A DNA stretch of 64,000 nucleotides from Macrostomum lignano (taxonomy: Eukaryota): contig NIVC01001737.1 of the NCBI GenBank assembly GCA_002269645.1, positions 124,001-188,000 of the forward strand, read 5' to 3'. The translations under genes were made by a program, and so were the position numbers. The notes below the pieces were generated by a model, which saw only the letters and a list, made by a program, of their open reading frames with translations, ran no database searches and was not told the origin of the DNA. This document shows positions 1-12,650 of the stretch, piece by piece (position 1 is the first letter of the stretch; each line of letters starts with the position of its first letter).

Positions 1-114
1 TGAAAAATCATTTAAATTTCAGTTGAATCACGACCACGTTGATTTATGGCTGATCTATACACTATAGAGTCTGATATAGATATTCATATTCAACATAAAT
101 CAACCTAGGATAAA

Positions 115-893
115 TCTACCTATTCAAAAGCTATAGATCTATACGATAGATTTATCCAGTCAACTGTAGATCTACGATAGATCTTTCCAATCAACTTTTG
201 ATCTATACGATAGATCTCTCCAATAAACTATAGATCTACGATAGATGTCTCTAATCAACTATAGATTCACGATAGATCTTCCTAATCAGCTATAGATCTC
301 TACAATCAATTATAGATCTACGATAGATCTCCTAATCAACTATAGATCTACTATAGATCTTCCTAATCAGCTATAGATCTACGATAGATCTCTACAATCA
401 GTTATAGATCTTTGATAGATCTCTCCGATCAACTATAGATCTACGATAGATCTCTCCAATCAACTATAGATCTATACGATAGATCTCTCAAATAAACTAT
501 AGATCTACGATAGATGTCTCTAATCAACTATAGATTCACGATAGATCTTCCTAATAAACTATAGATCTCTACAATCAATTATAGATCTACGATAGATCTC
601 TCCAATCAACTATGGATCTACGATAGATCTCTCCAATCAATTATAGATCTACCATAGATCTCCCAATCAACTATAGATCTACGATAGATCTCTCTAATAA
701 ACTATAGATTTACGATAGATCTTCCTAATAAACTATAGATCTACGATATATCTCCCAATCAACCATATAAATCCACGATAGACCTTCCACGATAGACCTT
801 CCTAATCAGCTATAGATCTAAGATAGACCTTCCTAATCAGCTATAGATGTACGATAGATCTTCCTAATCAGCTATAGATCTACGATAGATCTC
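115..893. repeat. Minisatellite, ~31-bp unit (ctatagatctacgatagatctctccaatcaa), degenerate, rich in AGATCT palindromes
   Basis: Unit read directly; edges approximate. Confidence 0.9.
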
Positions 894-971
894 CCGACTC
901 CAATTTCAAAAACTTCGACAACACGAATCTGAACCCAAATTGATTCCCCGTCGCAGTCCCCTCCTGTTCAG

Positions 972-1128
972 CACTCTGGGAATTTCGCGTGCCCACTTCG
1001 AGAAGCAGCCGCCGTCCAATCTGCGCAAGAGCAACTTTTTTCACTTCGTGATCGCCTTGTACGACCGACATGGACAGCCGGTGGAAATTGAGCGGGCAAT
1101 GTTTGTCGGCTTTGTGGAGGGCGACATG
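972..1128 (+). CDS. coe: COE/EBF/collier transcription factor, first exon in window (DNA-binding domain start; phase 2 to 0)
   Basis: Encodes [41 protein letters not shown], the COE signature; acceptor ttcag at 967-971, donor GTGAGC at 1129; 157 nt. Confidence 0.97.
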
Positions 1129-1144
1129 GTGAGCTGGGGCCGGA

Positions 1145-2305
1145 GTGAGAGTCAGAGTGACAGGCTAAGAATGATAGGCTTAGAGTGGCAGGCTTACGTG
1201 ACAGGCTAAGAGTGAAAGGTTTAGAGTGACAGGCCTAGAGTGACAGGTTTAGAGTGACAGGTTTAGAGTGACAGGTTTAGAGTGACAGGTTTAGAGTGAC
1301 AGGTTTAGAGTGACAGGTTTAGAGTGACAGGTTTAGAGTGACAGGTTTAGAGTGACAGGTTTAGAGTGACAGGTTTAGAGTGACAGGTTTAGAGTGAAAG
1401 GTTTAGAGTCATATAGAGTGACAGGTTTAGAGTGACAGGTTTAGAGTCATATAGAGTGACAGGTTTAGAGTGACAGGTTTAGAGTGACAGGTTTAGAGTG
1501 ACAGGTTTAGAGTGACAGGTTTAGAGTGACAGGTTTAGAGTGACAGGTTTAGAGTGACAGGTTTAGAGTGACAGGTTTAGAGTGACAGGTTTAGAGTGAC
1601 AGGTTTAGAGTGACAGGTTTAGAGTGACAGGTTTAGAGTGACAGGTTTAGAGTGACAGGTTTAGAGTGACAGGTTTAGAGTGACAGGTTTAGAGTGACAG
1701 GTTTAGAGTCATAAAGTGACAGGCTTAGAGTGACAGGTTTAGAGTCATAAAGTGACAGGCTTAGAGTGACATGCTTAGAGTCATAGAATGATAGGCCAAG
1801 TGTCATAAATCTAGGCATAGATTCACTCTATGAATCATTTCATACAGTGACAGAGTGAGAATCATAGAGTGACAGAGTGGGAATCGTATAAAGTGACAAA
1901 GTGAGAATCATAGGGTGACAGAGTGATAATCATTTCATAGAGTGACAGAGTGAGAATCATAGAGTGACAGTGGGAATCGTATAAAGTGACAGAGTGAGAA
2001 TCATAGAGTGACAGAGTGATAATCATAGAGTGACAGAGTGATAATCGTTTCATAAAGTAACAGAGTGAGAATCATAGAGTGACAGAGTGATAATCATAGA
2101 GTGACAGAGTGATAATCATTTCATAAAGTAACAGAGTGAGAATCATAGAGTGACAGAGTGATAATCATTTCATAAAGTGACAGAGTGAGAATCATAGAGT
2201 GACAGAGTGATAATCATAGTGACAGAGTGAGAATCATAGAGTGACAGAGTGATAATCATTTCATAGAGTGACAGAGTGATAATCATTTCATAGAGTGACA
2301 GAGTG
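1145..2305. repeat. Two related intronic minisatellites: 14-bp tttagagtgacagg (~1145-1790) and ~22-bp agagtgacagagtgagaatcat (~1845-2305)
   Basis: Units read directly; both share the agagtgacag core. Confidence 0.92.
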
Positions 2306-2357
2306 ACCAAATAAAAGCAAATAAATATGTTTATTATTGTTCCTCCCAAAACCGCAG

Positions 2358-2421
2358 GAGCCAAAATCTGAACGGACCAGCAACGGCATTCACTACCTGC
2401 TGTACCTGATGTACGCTAGCG
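2358..2421 (+). CDS. coe: COE exon ([22 protein letters not shown]; phase 0 to 1)
   Basis: Similar to the EBF NGIHYRLQLLYSNG segment; ccgcag acceptor, GTGAGT donor at 2422; 64 nt. Confidence 0.93.
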
Positions 2422-3179
2422 GTGAGTTTATGACCTTTATTGACCTTATTTTCTAAGAAATTCGTTTTACATAGACAAAAGCCGAAAGTTGAAAAGCACA
2501 GGAAACGACTACAGGTGGATGGATGACGCAATGCGCAAAATCATTGATAAGATATTTACAGACAGCGACTTCTAAAACTTGTCAAAAACCAACTGCTGGC
2601 GTATTTCTACCGCGCTTCTATACCATACCATCCAGCTTCTCAACTTCATCTAAAAACAATCGCTCTATGCGTGGCCTTCTGTCGCCTGCCGTCTGACGTA
2701 TACGGCAAAGGCGTTGTATTTATTGACAGCGATGAAGCGGGAGTCTGGACGGCTCAAATTAGCATTCAATCGTCCATATATAGAGACCTTTAGCACCTTC
2801 ACCTCGCCTTTTATTTCACGCAATGTCAAATATTTGAGCTCGGCGTCAGCACGTGACCAGCTTTCGCCTCAAAGAGAGCGCTATCCTCATCATTTCCCGT
2901 CAGTCGTCATCTCTCATGCAGTCTCTATCTATCTCTGTCTGTGGCCAGCTTGTAAATGCCTTAATGCATAATGCATGCAAACAGTTATGGCCATTTATAT
3001 AATATGACTAGTGCAGAGATTTTTGACGCTTTCAGTTGGCGAAATCAAATTAAAATTGATGCTCAAAACTTGGCGGCGCTGTTATTGATATTATGGGAAG
3101 AAAGATGAAATTGAAAAATTTATTGAGGTTTTTAGCAGCGGTGGAATTAAGGAGTTAACGGCTTGAGAGTTGTAGCGGA

Positions 3180-3820
3180 TAGAGAAGTAGGCAGGGGGAG
3201 AGTAAACAGGGGGAGAGTATAGACAGGGGAGAGAAGTAGACATAGTGAGAAGTAGACAGGGAAGAGAGTAGACATGGAGAGAGTAGACAGGGGGAGCGTA
3301 GACGGGGGTGAGCGAGAAGTAGGCAGCGGAGAGAGAGGTAGACAGGGGTCAAAGGGAGAAGTAGACAGAGGGGGTAGAGAGAAAAAACAGGGGAGAGAGT
3401 AGACGGGGGAGATAGAGAAGTAGACAGGGAAGAGAGTAGACATGGAGAGAGTAGACAGGGAAGAGAGTAGACATGGAGAGAGTAGACAGGGAAGAGAGTA
3501 GACATGGAGAGAGTAGACAGGGGGAGCGTAGACGGGGGTGAGCGAGAAGTAGGCAGCGGAGAGAGAGGTAGACAGGGGTCAAAGGGAGAAGTAGACAGAG
3601 GGGGTAGAGAGAAAAAACAGGGGAGAGAGTAGACGGGGGAGATAGAGAAGTAGACAGGGGGTTGAGAAGTAGACAGGGGGTTGAGAAGTAGACAGGGAGA
3701 GCGAGAAGTAGCTCGTAGGCAGCGGAGAGAGAGGTAGACAGGGGACAAAGTGAGAAGTAGACAGAGGGGAGAGAGAGAAATAGACAGGGGGAGAGTAGAC
3801 AGAGGAGATAGAGAAGTAGA
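3180..3820. repeat. GA-rich degenerate repeat (gagaagtagacaggg) with an internal ~230-bp duplication
   Basis: Repeated motif visible; identical blocks near 3260-3430 and 3490-3660. Confidence 0.8.
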
Positions 3821-6084
3821 CAGCTTCAGGTAGCAATTTTCCCACAGCAGCTCTGTGTGCTTTAGAAGATTGGCAAACAAAAACAAAAACTCCAGGCCAA
3901 TTGTCTCAAATTTGAAGAGGCTCTCACAGTTATATTTATCATGGATATTGATCAGTTTTCTCCATAGCCATGATGGAGAGTGAAGGAGTTCCTGCTGGTA
4001 CTTGTAATTATTATTAATACTCGTAAGGATGCTGGGCAATTCGTGTGTAACACGCTTCATCCTTGAAAGAATGTCCCAAACATGGGTGGCTCTGCCCTCA
4101 AGCGATTCTCGAGCCCGTATGCATGATCTTTGTATAGAGTTTTTTTTGCATTCATTGCTTCATCATATGCAGGGGTATAGATAAATCACGGGGTACTTGT
4201 AATACCATTGCACTGTGCCCGGATTCATCAAATATTTACGAGTTGATCCTGTAGTTATGGTTGGCACTTGTACAGAGTGAGTGGTTTCAAAGCAGAAGTT
4301 GTATACACCTGTACTCAAAAGCAACATGTTGACAACTCAGTTGGGCCCGCCTAAACCCGCATAAATGATGTGTTGCTCGGGACTTTATTTAGAATGGAGA
4401 ATTGAGCTCAAGTGTCTTGAGTAATGTTGCATAGGGACTGCGGATTATAAAGTAATTCTATTTATCTATTCGAAAGGTTCTGCAACACCCAAGATGGCGC
4501 CGACTATCTGTTGCTATGCCAGATGTGCAGAGTGGTCTGTCTTGGTTCCCCACACACACAAGCTTGGGAATCTTCTAAAGGACTTGTTCTAAATTATAAT
4601 AAATCCAAACCAAACCAAAATAAGTCCAGGCCTTCAATCTGGTCCAGTTGCATAAATAGACTGTCAATTTCGAATCCTAGTAGAAATGGTTTGATTTTGT
4701 AATTAATAAGGTCCAAGCCCTCAAGGTAAATTGGAACTTCTTTATACGCTCCTGTACTATAGAGATCCATTGTCTTTTACGGTAGTAGATTTAGACAATA
4801 GCTAGCTTAGACAAACATGTCAGATTTCGCTGACGTGTCACTTCCGGTTAGCGAGAGAGCTTGTAAAAAGGTTATAAGATTATACGATGGTGAAATTGAG
4901 TCAGTGATCCAGATTCTCCAGGGACTGAGCATGCAACTAAACTGGCTGTATACTTGTAGTTCGCTTCTTGCGCAAACTGTATCGCCACTTTGTCATTTTC
5001 ATTTCGTCTTTCACAAACTTGAAGAAGAAGCAGAAAAAGCAGGAGAAGATTTATCCATCTAATATTTATATTGCCGCGGCCTCGGGGGAGCTCAAACACT
5101 GCAGTGAGGCTGAGTTAAAGAGAAGGCGCCGAGAGCTAAATTAGCTTGAGTAGAAATACAACCCAACTGGGATTTCTTCCCAAAGCTAAGATAGCTAGTA
5201 TAGAACAGAGAAAGATACGAAATAAAGAAGCGGTCCCGTTGTTCGGGGATTAAAATTTTCATTTTTAATAAGTTCGTGCGGAGATCCTGGCCGCCTCGTC
5301 ATCAGCGAAAAGTCGCGAGGGTTGGTGCCTCTTGTTTATCTGTGTCATAAAGCTTTTGGTTCGATGATGAATAATAATAATAACAATAATAATAATATAG
5401 GAGGATTTCACCGCTGCAGAGCGCAGATGAGGCTGCGAGGCTGTGACCGAGACCGAAAAACCCAATCCAATTCCCCTGGCGACTGCAAAAGCGGATGGTT
5501 GAGAGCTTCATCTGCAGGTTCTCTCTCAGCCTCCCTCCCATCTCCCCTCTCCCTTCGACTCTGAATAATTGATTTCATTCCCCATATCTGTCCCGTTTGT
5601 TGCTTTTTGAAGCAAAGCAGAAAGAGAAAAAGAAAGAGATGGAGATGGAGAGAGAGAGTTGGATGGGTGAGCAGTGGATCAGGCTTGACTTCAGAGCGGT
5701 CCGCGCGATGGTCACGGGACGCTGACTGCTGATTGGGAAGTCAGGGGAGAAACTTTCAACAAGAATTGAAGAGGGGGGGGATGGGGGGGGACCAGCGGCG
5801 ATGGCCGGCCGCTGCGCCTGAGGAGCTGAAGCATTCTGTGCTGGCTTGGAGAAAAATAAATGAAAACTGGAAAGATCTCCCTGCCTCTTCTTGGGCTGAA
5901 ACGAAAATTTCCCAAGAGAGACGGAAATGGAAAAGAGGAAAATTTAAGGGTGAAAAAAGGCAAAAGCAAAAGTTCAAGTTAAAAAAAAATTGTGCGAGGG
6001 CGGGTAAAAACGAAGGATATTTCGGATTCGAAGGGTTTTTTCAGAGTTGGTTTTAACAGCGGTTGTAAAATCTTCTTTAAATAA

Positions 6085-7225
6085 CTCATGGACTCTCACA
6101 CCATGACTCTCAGACTTTTCCACGGACTGTGTCACAGACTCTCGCGAAGACTATTCCATAGAATCTCCCCGTAGAATCACACAAAGAATTTCACACAGAC
6201 TCTCATAAAGTCTCTCACAAAGAATCTCACACAGACTACTTTCACAAAGAATCTAAAAGAATCCCACACAGATTTTCACACAGGATCTCATAAAGACTCT
6301 CACACAGTATCTCATACAGACTCTCACACAGACTCTCATAAAGACTCTCATAAAGACTCTCACACAGTATCTCATACAGACTCTCACACAGACTCTCACA
6401 AAGACTCTCATAAAGACTCTCACACAGACTCTCACACAGACTCTCATACAGACTCTCACACAGACTCTCATAAAGACTCTCACACAAGATATCTCACACA
6501 GACTCTCATAAAGACTCTCACACAAGATATCTCACACAGACTCTCATAAAGACTCTTACGCAGGATCTCATAAAGACTCTCATAAAGACTCTCACACAGG
6601 ATCTCATAAAGACTCGCACAAAGAATCTCACACAGACTCTCATAAAGACTCTTACACAGGATCTCATAAAGACTCTCATAAAGACTCTCACACAGGATCT
6701 CATAAAGACTCTCACACAGGATCTCATAAAGACTCGCACAAAGAATCTAAAAGAATCCCACACAGATTTTCACACAGGATCTCATAAAGACTCTCACACA
6801 GACTCTCATACAGACTCTCACACAGACTCTCACACAGACTCTCATACAGACTCTCACACAGACTCTCATAAAGACTCTCACACAAGATATCTCACACAGA
6901 CTCTCATAAAGACTCTCACACAAGATATCTCCCACAGACTCTCATAAAGACTCTTACACAGGATCTCATAAAGACTCTCATAAAGACTCTCACACAGGAT
7001 CTCATAAAGACTCGCACAAAGAATCTCACACAGACTCTCATAAAGACTCTCACACAGGATCTCATAAAGACTCGCACAAAGAATCTCACACAGACTCTCA
7101 TAAAGACTCTCACACAGGATCTCATAAAGACTCGCACAAAGAATCTCACACAGACTCTCATAAAGACTCTCACACAGGATCTCATAAAGACTCGCACAAA
7201 GAATCTCACACAGACTTTCATGATA
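6085..7225. repeat. Minisatellite, 12-bp unit (gactctcacaca / gactctcataaa)
   Basis: Unit read directly; 4-aa periodic ORFs. Confidence 0.93.
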
Positions 7226-7959
7226 CTTTCTCCCATTGTTTTATCCTACTCGCTCATTTATATATATCCCATCTTTGTTCGATTAATTAGTTGACAAGTC
7301 TTTGTTGAAAGCGGCAAAACGGGGGGGGGTGGGTCACCACTACCGCCCAAACGTTTTTCATCATTAAATTTTTGTAAAATTTTGACTATATAAATAGCAA
7401 GAGATGATTTTGTTGTCAAGGCTGGGACAGAGTATAATAGTTTTCGGCATATGGGGGTCAATTATCAGTGTATTATAATTTGCATTGAGCTGAGCAACAA
7501 GGCGCAACTGTCTCTGCGCCAGCAGCGCACACTCGACAGGCGGACTGAAGAGAGTAATTAGCACCCAATTGAGTTTGGTTTCGGGCTCAAAATTTTCTCA
7601 ACCTCTCTCGGTAGGAAACCAAACACCAGGCAGTGCCCGCCGCTATGAGGCGCGCGCCAATTAGGAGCCAATTCAATTATTTAAATATCCGAATGAGACT
7701 TTTAATTGCGCAAGAAATTCGGTAAGAAAGAAGAGATAGATCGGCGAGGGCGGGACAGAGAGAGCGAAGGTGCTGGCAAATTCAATTTATGTGTATATAT
7801 AGAAGTTAAGTGGCCTAATAATGTGCTATTTGACCCCGCCGGTGCCGCGTCACCTGGCTGGCAGTAGCAGGAACACAACACCTCATCGATTGAGAGCCAA
7901 CTCATATTCTGCCTCATGCCGAATAGGTCTTTGTGGTTGCATATTCGTTTCTTTATCCA

Positions 7960-9345
7960 ACTCAGTCTCTTATCTCCCTCAATCTCTTATCTCCCTCAGT
8001 CTCTTATCTCCTTTAGTCTCTTATCTCCATCAGTCTCTTATCTCCCTCAGTCTCTTATCTCCCTCAGTCTCTTATCTCCCTCAGTCTCTTATCTCCCTCA
8101 ATCTCTTATCTCCATCAGTCTCTTATCTCCCTCAATCTCTTATCTCCCTCAGTCTCTTATCTCCCTCAGTCTCTTATCTCTCTCAGTCTCTTATCTCCCT
8201 CAGTCTCTTATCTCCTTTAGTCTCTTATCTTCCTCAGTCTCTTATCTCTCTCAGTCTCTTATCTCCCTCAGTCTCTTATCTCTCTCAGTCTCTATCTCCC
8301 TCAGTCTCTTATCTCCTTTAGTCTCTTATCTTCCTCAGTCTCTTATCTCTCTCAGTCTCTTATCTCCCTCAGTCTCTTATCTCTCTCAGTCTCTATCTCC
8401 CTCAGTCTCTTATCTCCTTTAGTCTCTTATCTTCCTCAGTCTCTTATCTCTCTCAGTCTCTTATCTCCCTCAGTCTCTTATCTCTCTCAGTCTCTATCTC
8501 CCTCAGTCTCTTATCTCCTTTAGTCTCTTATCTTCCTCAGTCTCTTATCTCTCTCAGTCTCTTATCTCCCTCAGTCTCTTATCTCTCTCAGTCTCTATCT
8601 CCCTCAGTCTCTTATCTCCTTTAGTCTCTTATCTCCCTCAATCTCTTATCTCCCTCAGTCTTTTATCTCCCTCAGTCTCTTATCTCCCTCAATCTCTTAT
8701 CTCCATCAGTCTCTTATCTCCCTCAATCTCTTATCTCCCTCAGTCTCTTATCTCCCTCAGTCTCTTATCTCTCTCAGTCTCTATCTCCCTCAGTCTCTTA
8801 TCTCCTTTAGTCTCTTATCTTCCTCAGTCTCTTATCTCTCTCAGTCTCTTATCTCCCTCAGTCTCTTATCTCTCTCAGTCTCTATCTCCCTCAGTCTCTT
8901 ATCTCCTTTAGTCTCTTATCTTCCTCAGTCTCTTATCTTCCTCAGTCTCTTATCTTCCTCAGTCTCTTATCTCCTTCAGTCTCTTATCTCCCTCAGTCTC
9001 TTATCTCTCTCAGTCTCTTATCTCCCTCAGTCTCTTATCTCCCTCAATCTCTTATCTCCATCAGTCTCTTATCTCCATCAGTCTCTTATCTCCCTCAGTC
9101 TCTTATCTCTCTCAGTCTCTTATCTCCCTCAGTCTCTTATCTCCCTCAGTCTCTTATCTCCCTCAGTCTCTTATCTCCCTCAATCTCTTATCTCCCTCAG
9201 TCTCTTATCTCCATCAGTCTCTTATCTCCCTCAGTCTCTTATCTCCCTCAGTCTCTTATCTCCCTCAGTCTCTTATCTCCCTCAGTCTCTTATCTCCCTC
9301 AGTCTCTTATCTCCCTCAGTCTCTTATCTCCTTCAGTCTCTCATC
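7960..9345. repeat. Minisatellite, 17-bp unit (tctcttatctccctcag), ~80 copies
   Basis: Unit read directly. Confidence 0.95.
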
Positions 9346-9964
9346 TCATTTCTCACTCACCAGTCACTATCATCTCTGTTTTACTCTTTGCAGATTCAAT
9401 TCAATTTCGCATATTCCTGCCTACTACCAGCCCAGACTAACGTGGCTATAGAAAATGAAATTAATAAACTGTGTAAAATTTTCAGCATGCGGGTTCGGTA
9501 TTAATAAAAAACGCCACAATTAAAAGGCGTGTTAACTCTCACGTATTGGTTTAAGCATTCGCCGCCACCGTAAAACAGCGCTTCAGCCTCATCTGAAGTT
9601 GTATATTCTATAGATGAATATAATATTGCATATCTCTGGGTTGGATAGAATTGCCAGATCTGTTTCAATATCCCACTGTGTGCGGTTTAATCTGCCTAAT
9701 GGTCACACAGGTTGGAGCTGGGAAGTGTTTTATATAATGTGTGTGTATAGGGTTCAGCTCCTGATTACACAACCTGTATGCAGCCGCCCCTCGACCTGCC
9801 CACAAGTGCCTCGCTTGTCGTCTTGAATTGAAACGCAGGAGAAAAAAATTGATTAACCGTTTCGGCTCTCGATGCAGAATTGAATTTATTGCGTGACTGT
9901 AATGTGTGTGGCAAGTGTGTGTTTTGTGTGTCGTGTGTGTTTTATGTGTGTTTTTGTGTTTTAT

Positions 9965-11220
9965 GTGCGTTTATGTGCGATAGTGTTATGTGTGATAGTG
10001 TTATATGTGATAGTGTTATGTGTGATAGTGTTATGTGTGATAGTGTTATGCGCAATAGTGTTATGTGTGATAGTGTTATGTGCGAGTGTTATGTGTGATA
10101 GTGTTATGTGTGAGTGTTATGCGCAATAGTGTTATGTGTGATAGTGTTATGCTTGAGTGTTATGTGTGATAGTGTTATGTGCGAGTGTTATGTGTGATAG
10201 TGTTATGTGCGAGTGTTATGTGTGATAGTGTTATGTGCGATAGTGTTATGTGTGATAGTGTTATATGTGATAGTGTTATGTGTGATAGTGTTATGTGTGA
10301 TAGTGTTATGCGCAATAGTGTTATGTGTGATAGTGTTATGTGCGAGTGTTATGTGTGATAGTGTTATGTGTGAGTGTTATGCGCAATAGTGTTATGTGTG
10401 ATAGTGTTATGCTTGAGTGTTATGTGTGATAGTGTTATGTGCGAGTGTTATGTGTGATAGTGTTATGTGCGAGTGTTATGTGTGATAGTGTTATGTGCGA
10501 TAGTGTTATGTGTGATAGTGTTATATGTGATAGTGTTATGTGTGATAGTGTTATGTGTGATAGTGTTATGCGCAATAGTGTTATGTGTGATAGTGTAATG
10601 TGCGATAGTGTTATGTGTGATAGTGTTATGTGTGATAGTGTTATGTGTGATAGTGTTATGTGTGATAGTGCTATGTGCGAGTGTTATGTGTGATAGTGTT
10701 ATGTGCGAGTGTTATGTGTGATAGTGTTATGTGCGATAGTGTTATGTGTGATAGTGTTATGCTTGAGTGTTATGTGTGATAGTGCTATGTGCGAGTGTTA
10801 TGTGTGATAGTGTTATGTGCGAGTGTTATGTGTGATAGTGTTATGTGCGAGTGTTATGTGTGATAGTGTTATGTGTGATAGTGTTATGCTTGAGTGTTAT
10901 GTGTGATAGTGTTATGCTTGAGTGTTATGTGCAATAGTGTTATGTGTGATAGTGTTATGTGCGAGTGTTATGCGCAATAGTGTTATGTGTGATAGTGTTA
11001 TGCTTGAGTGTTATGTGTGATAGTGTTATGTGCGATAGTGTTATGTGTGATAGTGTTATATGTGATAGTGTTATGTGTGATAGTGTTATGTGTGATAGTG
11101 TTATGCGCAATAGTGTTATGTGTGATAGTGTTATGTGCGAGTGTTATGTGTGATAGTGTTATGTGTGGTAGTGTTATGCTTGAGTGTTATGTGTGATAGT
11201 GTTATGTGCGAGTGTTATGC
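9965..11220. repeat. Minisatellite, 15-bp unit (gtgatagtgttatgt)
   Basis: Unit read directly; 5-aa periodic ORFs (DSVMC). Confidence 0.95.
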
Positions 11221-11386
11221 ATGTTTGTTGTGTGCGTCAGTCTTGCTTCACTGACGATGGCAATTGTTTTACTCAACTCTGTACTCTGTATTCTTACTCA
11301 ACTCTTTACTTAGCTCTGGATTTGAGATTTGAATATGATATTGCCTATTCACTACCGAGTAATGCAACACCCTGACTTCATTGCAG

Positions 11387-11442
11387 GTATTCGGCAGGAG
11401 CAGAATATCTATATAAGACTGGTGGACTCTGTGACCAAAACA
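11387..11442 (+). CDS. coe: COE exon ([19 protein letters not shown]; phase 1 to 0)
   Basis: Similar to the EBF GIRTEQDFYVRLIDSMTKQ segment; ttgcag acceptor, GTGAGT donor at 11443; 56 nt. Confidence 0.94.
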
Positions 11443-11466
11443 GTGAGTGTTTTTTTAATTTTTTTT

Positions 11467-11480
11467 GTTTCCATGGTTAC
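11467..11480. promoter_or_regulatory. RFX X-box motif GTTTCCATGGTTAC
   Basis: Reverse complement GTAACCATGGAAAC fits the X-box consensus; function untested. Confidence 0.45.
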
Positions 11481-11629
11481 TGAGTGAAATTTAAATAATT
11501 GAGTTTATTTTTAGGGATAAAATCCCCAGATTACTTGCACTGCAAAGACATTTAGAGTCGTGGGATCTCTGATAAAAAAATGAATGAAAATTGGTAACTG
11601 AGGTGAAAGTTAAGATTTCGGATCGGGCT

Positions 11630-12265
11630 TCTATGAAGAATTTGAGATTTGAAAATCCAGATTAGATCTGCGATTTGAGATTTCTTAGTTTAGATTAGAC
11701 ATGGGATTTGAGATTAGATCTGAGATTTGAGATTAGATATGGGATTTCGAGATTAGATCTGAGATTTGAGACTTGATCAGGGATTTGAGATTAGATTGGG
11801 ATTTGAGATTAGATCTGGGATTTGAGATTGTAGATATTGGATTTGAAATTAGATTGGGATTTGAGATTAGACCTGGGATTTGAGATTAGATCTGGGATTT
11901 GAGATTAGATCAGGAATTTGAGACTAGACATGGGATTTAAGATTGTAGATATTGGATTTGAGATTAGATATTGGATTTGAGATTGTAGATATTGGATTTG
12001 AGATTAGATTGGGATTTGAGATTAGATATTGGATTTGAGATTGTAAATATTGGATTTGAGATTAGATTGGGATTTGAGATTAGATCTGGGATTTGAGATT
12101 GTAGATATTGGATTTGAGATTAGATCTGGGATTTGAGATTAGACCTGGGATTTGAGATTAGATCTGGGATTTGAAATTAGATCTGGGATTTGAGATTAGA
12201 TCTGGGATTTGAGATTAGATCTGGGATTTGAAATTAGATATTGGATTTGAGATAAGATTCTGGAT
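11630..12265. repeat. Minisatellite, 19-bp unit (gatctgggatttgagatta)
   Basis: Unit read directly; fills most of an 848-bp intron. Confidence 0.92.
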
Positions 12266-12290
12266 TTTTCTTCGACTCACCAATTCGCAG

Positions 12291-12433
12291 GCCATAGTAT
12301 ACGAGGGCCAAGACAAGAACCCGGAGATGTGCCGGGTGCTGCTGACTCACGAAGTCATGTGCAGCCGCTGCTGCGACAAGAAGTCTTGCGGCAATCGAAA
12401 TGAAACACCCAGCGACCCCGTCATCATCGATCG
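12291..12433 (+). CDS. coe: COE exon with the zinc knuckle ([48 protein letters not shown]; phase 0 to 2)
   Basis: HX3CX2CX5C zinc-knuckle motif; tcgcag acceptor, GTGAGC donor at 12434; 143 nt. Confidence 0.98.
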
Positions 12434-12499
12434 GTGAGCAGCTGGTGGGATCTTGGGGATTTATTGCTGCATGAGTTAAGGAATTGGGAAGAAGATGAG

Positions 12500-12650
12500 A
12501 ATAGTGAGATAAGATGAGGCAAAGCATGAGATACAGGGTGAGAATAAGTGAGACAAAGCGTGCGACACAGGGTGAGAATAAGGTGAGACAAAGCGTGAGA
12601 TACAGGGTGAGAATAAGATGAGACAAAGCGTGAGATACAGGGTGAGAAAA
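12500..12650. repeat. Short minisatellite, ~36-bp unit (gagatacagggtgagaataagtgagacaaagcgt), 3-4 copies
   Basis: Unit read directly. Confidence 0.75.

Noticed and set aside
1225-1770. CAG/GT in every unit as recursive-splicing points
   Set aside because: No pyrimidine tract precedes them, the regenerated donor GTTTAG is weak, and the intron is only 1.2 kb
3155-4500. 301-aa minus ORF and adjacent unique DNA as a retroelement remnant
   Set aside because: Most of the ORF is the GA-rich repeat; I could not recognise RT, endonuclease or transposase motifs in any frame. A profile-HMM search would settle it
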